Part shown: positions 61,151 to 64,000 of the stretch, in pieces | How the letters are laid out: each line of letters starts with the position of its first letter | Numbering within the stretch: position 1 is the first letter of the stretch | Assembly (NCBI RefSeq): GCF_036321535.1 | Contig: NC_087436.1 | Location: 118,856,001-118,920,000, forward strand | DNA length: 64,000 nucleotides | DNA from: Camelus dromedarius | Taxonomy: Eukaryota | Reading direction: 5' to 3' | Notes under the pieces: generated by a model | Databases searched by the model: none | What the model was told of the DNA's origin: nothing | What the model saw: only the letters and a program-made list of their open reading frames with translations | Position numbers and translations under genes: made by a program

Positions 61151-62779
61151 AAATTGAAGTATATGGCTTAATACAATATCTTTGCTTTGAAATATCTTGC
61201 ATTCAAGTGAAAGGAGACCCAAAGAAAGCAAAGAGAGGCCCCCCAAGGACTAGAACTGCAGAAAATCAGCGGTGTGCTCTGGGGCTAGGAAAGACCCACG
61301 AAGAATGAAAACAATCATGTCAGCTGCTAGACTAAGGTATGATATTTTTTTCCCACTTATTCTTTGTTCTTGTTAAAACAGAAATAGATCTGACTTAAAT
61401 CCCTTCTCTGCACCATACTTGCTGAGTGGCCTGGGGCCAGTTACTTAACCTCTCTGTGCTTCCACTACCTCATCTGTAAAGTAAGTTGGAAATTGCCTGC
61501 CTCACAGGGCTCTTCTGAGGAGGGACACCAGAGCCTTGTGCAGGCCTGCTGCAGCCGAGACTTTACTTCTTCCACGGAGTCTTTCCTGGTCCCAGGCAGG
61601 GGCAGGCAGCTCCTGAGGCTCCCATATGTAACCTTTGCTTAGTAACTGTCATCCCCTGCTACTGTCACCATCAACCCGAAGCACATGTGGGTGCACATGC
61701 ACACAGAGACACAAGACATGCTCACACACACACACACACACCAGTCTGCCCTCCTGGAAGGAGGGGCCATGTGGTTTAGGACACATCGCTTGCTTGTCAT
61801 AGATTCTCAATAAACATTTGATAAAGAGATGTATGTGTATACAGGAGGCTCACCTTAAGTCTGGTGTTTGTAAGGTAACTGTTTTCAGTAATGTCTTGTT
61901 TATGGTGAATAAGGGCAATGAAGATAAAAAGGCATCTCCTTACCTGCAGTTGAGTGTAACGTGCATGCTCCGGATGCCTCGAGTTACACAGTGTAAATCA
62001 CCTGCTGGAGAGGATAAAGCTCATTTCAAAATCTATTAAGTCACGTGTCTGGGGGACCGTGAGGCTGTAGATAAGTGCGGTTTGATTCTGGGTAACTCTC
62101 TGAGGGCCTCTGCAGTTATTTAAAGGGAAACAGACACGGGCAAGCCTCGCTTCAAGTCCCTCTAAACCGCCTACAGGTTTTATGCTAATGGTCAGGCTCT
62201 TGAGAGCGTCTCCACGTCTGCTTTTATTGCTGTGATGTTGCTGGAAAGCAGGGCTTCCGGCGGCCACGGTCTCTGGGTCTTGGTTCTGACCGGAGGGGGT
62301 TGGCCCCACATCCATTCAGACCCCAGACCTCCCATGGATCTTGTTGCCCTGGGGTGAGAGCGAGCCCAGGGACCACCTGCTCCTGCTGTCACCGCCCCAA
62401 GGAAGCTCAACTGTCCCCTCCCCGCTCTCCACTTCCTCTCACAAAACCAGGGTGTGGAGCAGTTGCGGGCCAAGGTCCCTGTCTTTCCACAGTGTTACTA
62501 GGATCTCATTCACCTACCATAAAACTCACTCACCGACAGTGGTCTTCAGTACATTCACAAATACGCGTAATCACAACTGCAGTGAAGTTTAGAAGGTTCC
62601 CATCACCCCCAGACAGAGCCCCGCGCCCGTGCGCTGGCACACTCACTCCCGGGCCACCGCTGAGGTGCCTTCTCCCTCCGCAGGTGGCTCTGGCGTCCTA
62701 ATACTTGATGTCTCCTTTCCGTGGTGATGACAGACATCCCCACCTTGGCGACATCTTAGGTGGGCAGCGCCCTGTCACC

Positions 62780-62985
62780 AGTAAGAACCTGAGTTTGAGT
62801 CCCTGCTCTGCCACTTACTGCCTTTGTCACCTGGAGTGAATTCGCTACCCACTGCCTTCTTTTCCTCCAGTGAAAAACTGGGAATAATGATAATAATACT
62901 GACCTCATAGGGCTGTTGCAAGGAGTTAATGCAGTGACAGCCTCGGCCCGTGGCCGGCACACTCTGGGTGCCCACTGTTGTTATG
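62780..62985 (+). mobile_element. MIR SINE
   Basis: ACCTGAGTTTGAGTCCCTGCTCTGCCACTTACTG...AATAATACTGACCTCATAGGGCTGTTGCAAGGAGTTAA. Confidence 0.8.
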
Positions 62986-63184
62986 ATGAGCTTGGGAGCA
63001 GCAGCATGTCAGCAACTCCTGCCTCCCCCCTTACATCCCAGGAATCTCAAACTGATCCTGGTTCCCCGTATCTCCCTGCTCTGCAGTCTCTTTGCCTCTC
63101 CCCTCAAGCTGCCCTTCTTCTGGAATGGCCTTCCCACCTTTCTGTGCTCCAGTCTCACTCCTTTTCATCTTTCAAAACCCCGTC

Positions 63185-64000
63185 AAAAAGATGGGTAATG
63201 GCAAGCATTAGACAGGAGGTGGAGGAACCGTGATTCATGGCTGGTGAGTCTCAAATGGGTCAGCCGCTTTGGAAAACAGTCTGGTGGTTCCTCAGAAGGT
63301 TAAACATGAAGTTATCACGTGACCCAGCAGTTCCACTCCTAGAGGTGTACTCAAGAGAACTGAAAATATATGTTCACCCTACATTATTGTTACCAAACTC
63401 GGGTTTGGCTGCTTGTGGCTCAAAAGCCAGTAATTCAAGAGGTAAGTGTCAGTAGAAAGGAAAGTTGCTTTAATCAGAAAAGCCGGCAGTCTGGGGAGAG
63501 GGTGGATTCACGTCCAGAGACCAATTCCAAAGATTCTGCTCAGCCATGACAATTTTAAAAGGGAAAAATGGGGAGAAGAATCTCAGTGACTCATCAAGGC
63601 AGGAGGCTGGGTTCCACATCCTTCTCCACTGCGTGCAGACTGGCTGACTCTCTCTTCAGACGCTATCTTGGCCGAGTGATCTGTCTGCCTGCAGGGTTGC
63701 TAAGGGGGCCATTGAGGGTAGAGAGCTAATCACTCTTTAACTGCTTCATTCTTCATTCTTCTTTTTATCCAGGGAAAGAATCACCAGGTCAGAGAGGCAT
63801 GGTGTGCATTTGGGAGAGCACAGGTCAGGAGTTAGTTTTAGTTGCTTAGTGATCTCATTCCTATAACTGGGTTCTTTTAAGCCTAGAGGGGGACAGAGAT
63901 GGGCAAACAGGAAAGGGGGAAAAGAGCTGCTTTCATTGTAAATGTGCATAACAACGTTATTCATGGTAGCCCCAAAGTGGAAACAACCAAGTGCCCATCA
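63185..64000 (+). mobile_element. L1 ORF2-end/3' fragment split by an LTR
   Basis: CAGCCGCTTTGGAAAACAGTCTGGTGGTTCCTCAGAAGGTTAAACAT...GACCCAGCAGTTCCACTCCTAG; resumes at 63936 with ...GTGGAAACAACCAAGTGCCCATCA. Confidence 0.88.
63388..63935 (-). mobile_element. Solo ERV LTR, 548 bp, inserted in L1
   Basis: TG...CA termini (TGTTACC...TTTCA); 4-bp TSD TTAT/TTGT with one mismatch; ATTAAA on the minus strand at ~63469-63474; L1 sequence continuous across it. Confidence 0.75.

Larger units (their letters stand above)
43848..61336 (+). pseudogene. Candidate intron-containing pseudogene (or spliced lncRNA derived from one) with a matrin/U1-type zinc-finger exon
   Basis: Exon-like segments with ag|...|gt boundaries at 43848-43957, 46452-46531, 47646-47802 (GC donor), 49624-49689, 49990-50067, 50303-50365, 50601-50789, 51595-51708, 52570-52711, 57511-57568, 58998-59090, 59754-59852 and 61208-61336; every frame carries stops somewhere in the chain. 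Confidence 0.6.

Noticed and set aside
2373..63593. Recurrent AP-1 heptamers (TGA[C/G]TCA) across the window
   Set aside because: About ten were seen, against roughly eight expected by chance in 64 kb; no enrichment.

Overview
This is mammalian genomic DNA, most likely camelid: it carries three copies of a tRNA-derived SINE of the camelid type. Much of it is transposon relics (L1, L2, MIR, MER5/MER20/MER33/MER58/MER53-type hAT DNA transposons, MaLR and ERV LTRs). Two CpG islands appear to face away from each other. Island 1 (~27.95-29.5 kb) holds several minus-strand first-exon donors of an unidentified host gene. Its long first intron runs off the left edge and contains a candidate alternative first exon encoding MYD(N/K) at ~4.1 kb. 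Island 2 (~43.4-44.4 kb) heads a plus-strand chain of about 12-14 exon-like segments out to ~61.3 kb. These have canonical splice signals and many lengths divisible by 3, and one encodes a degenerate matrin/U1-type C2H2 zinc finger. No reading frame stays open across the chain, so it looks like an intron-containing (unitary-type) pseudogene of a gene I do not recognise, with its promoter island retained. No complete protein-coding gene, rRNA, true tRNA or CRISPR array is present, and almost all ORFs in the track are spurious. Repeat family names come from recognising consensus motifs by eye, and their boundaries are approximate unless a TSD is quoted.
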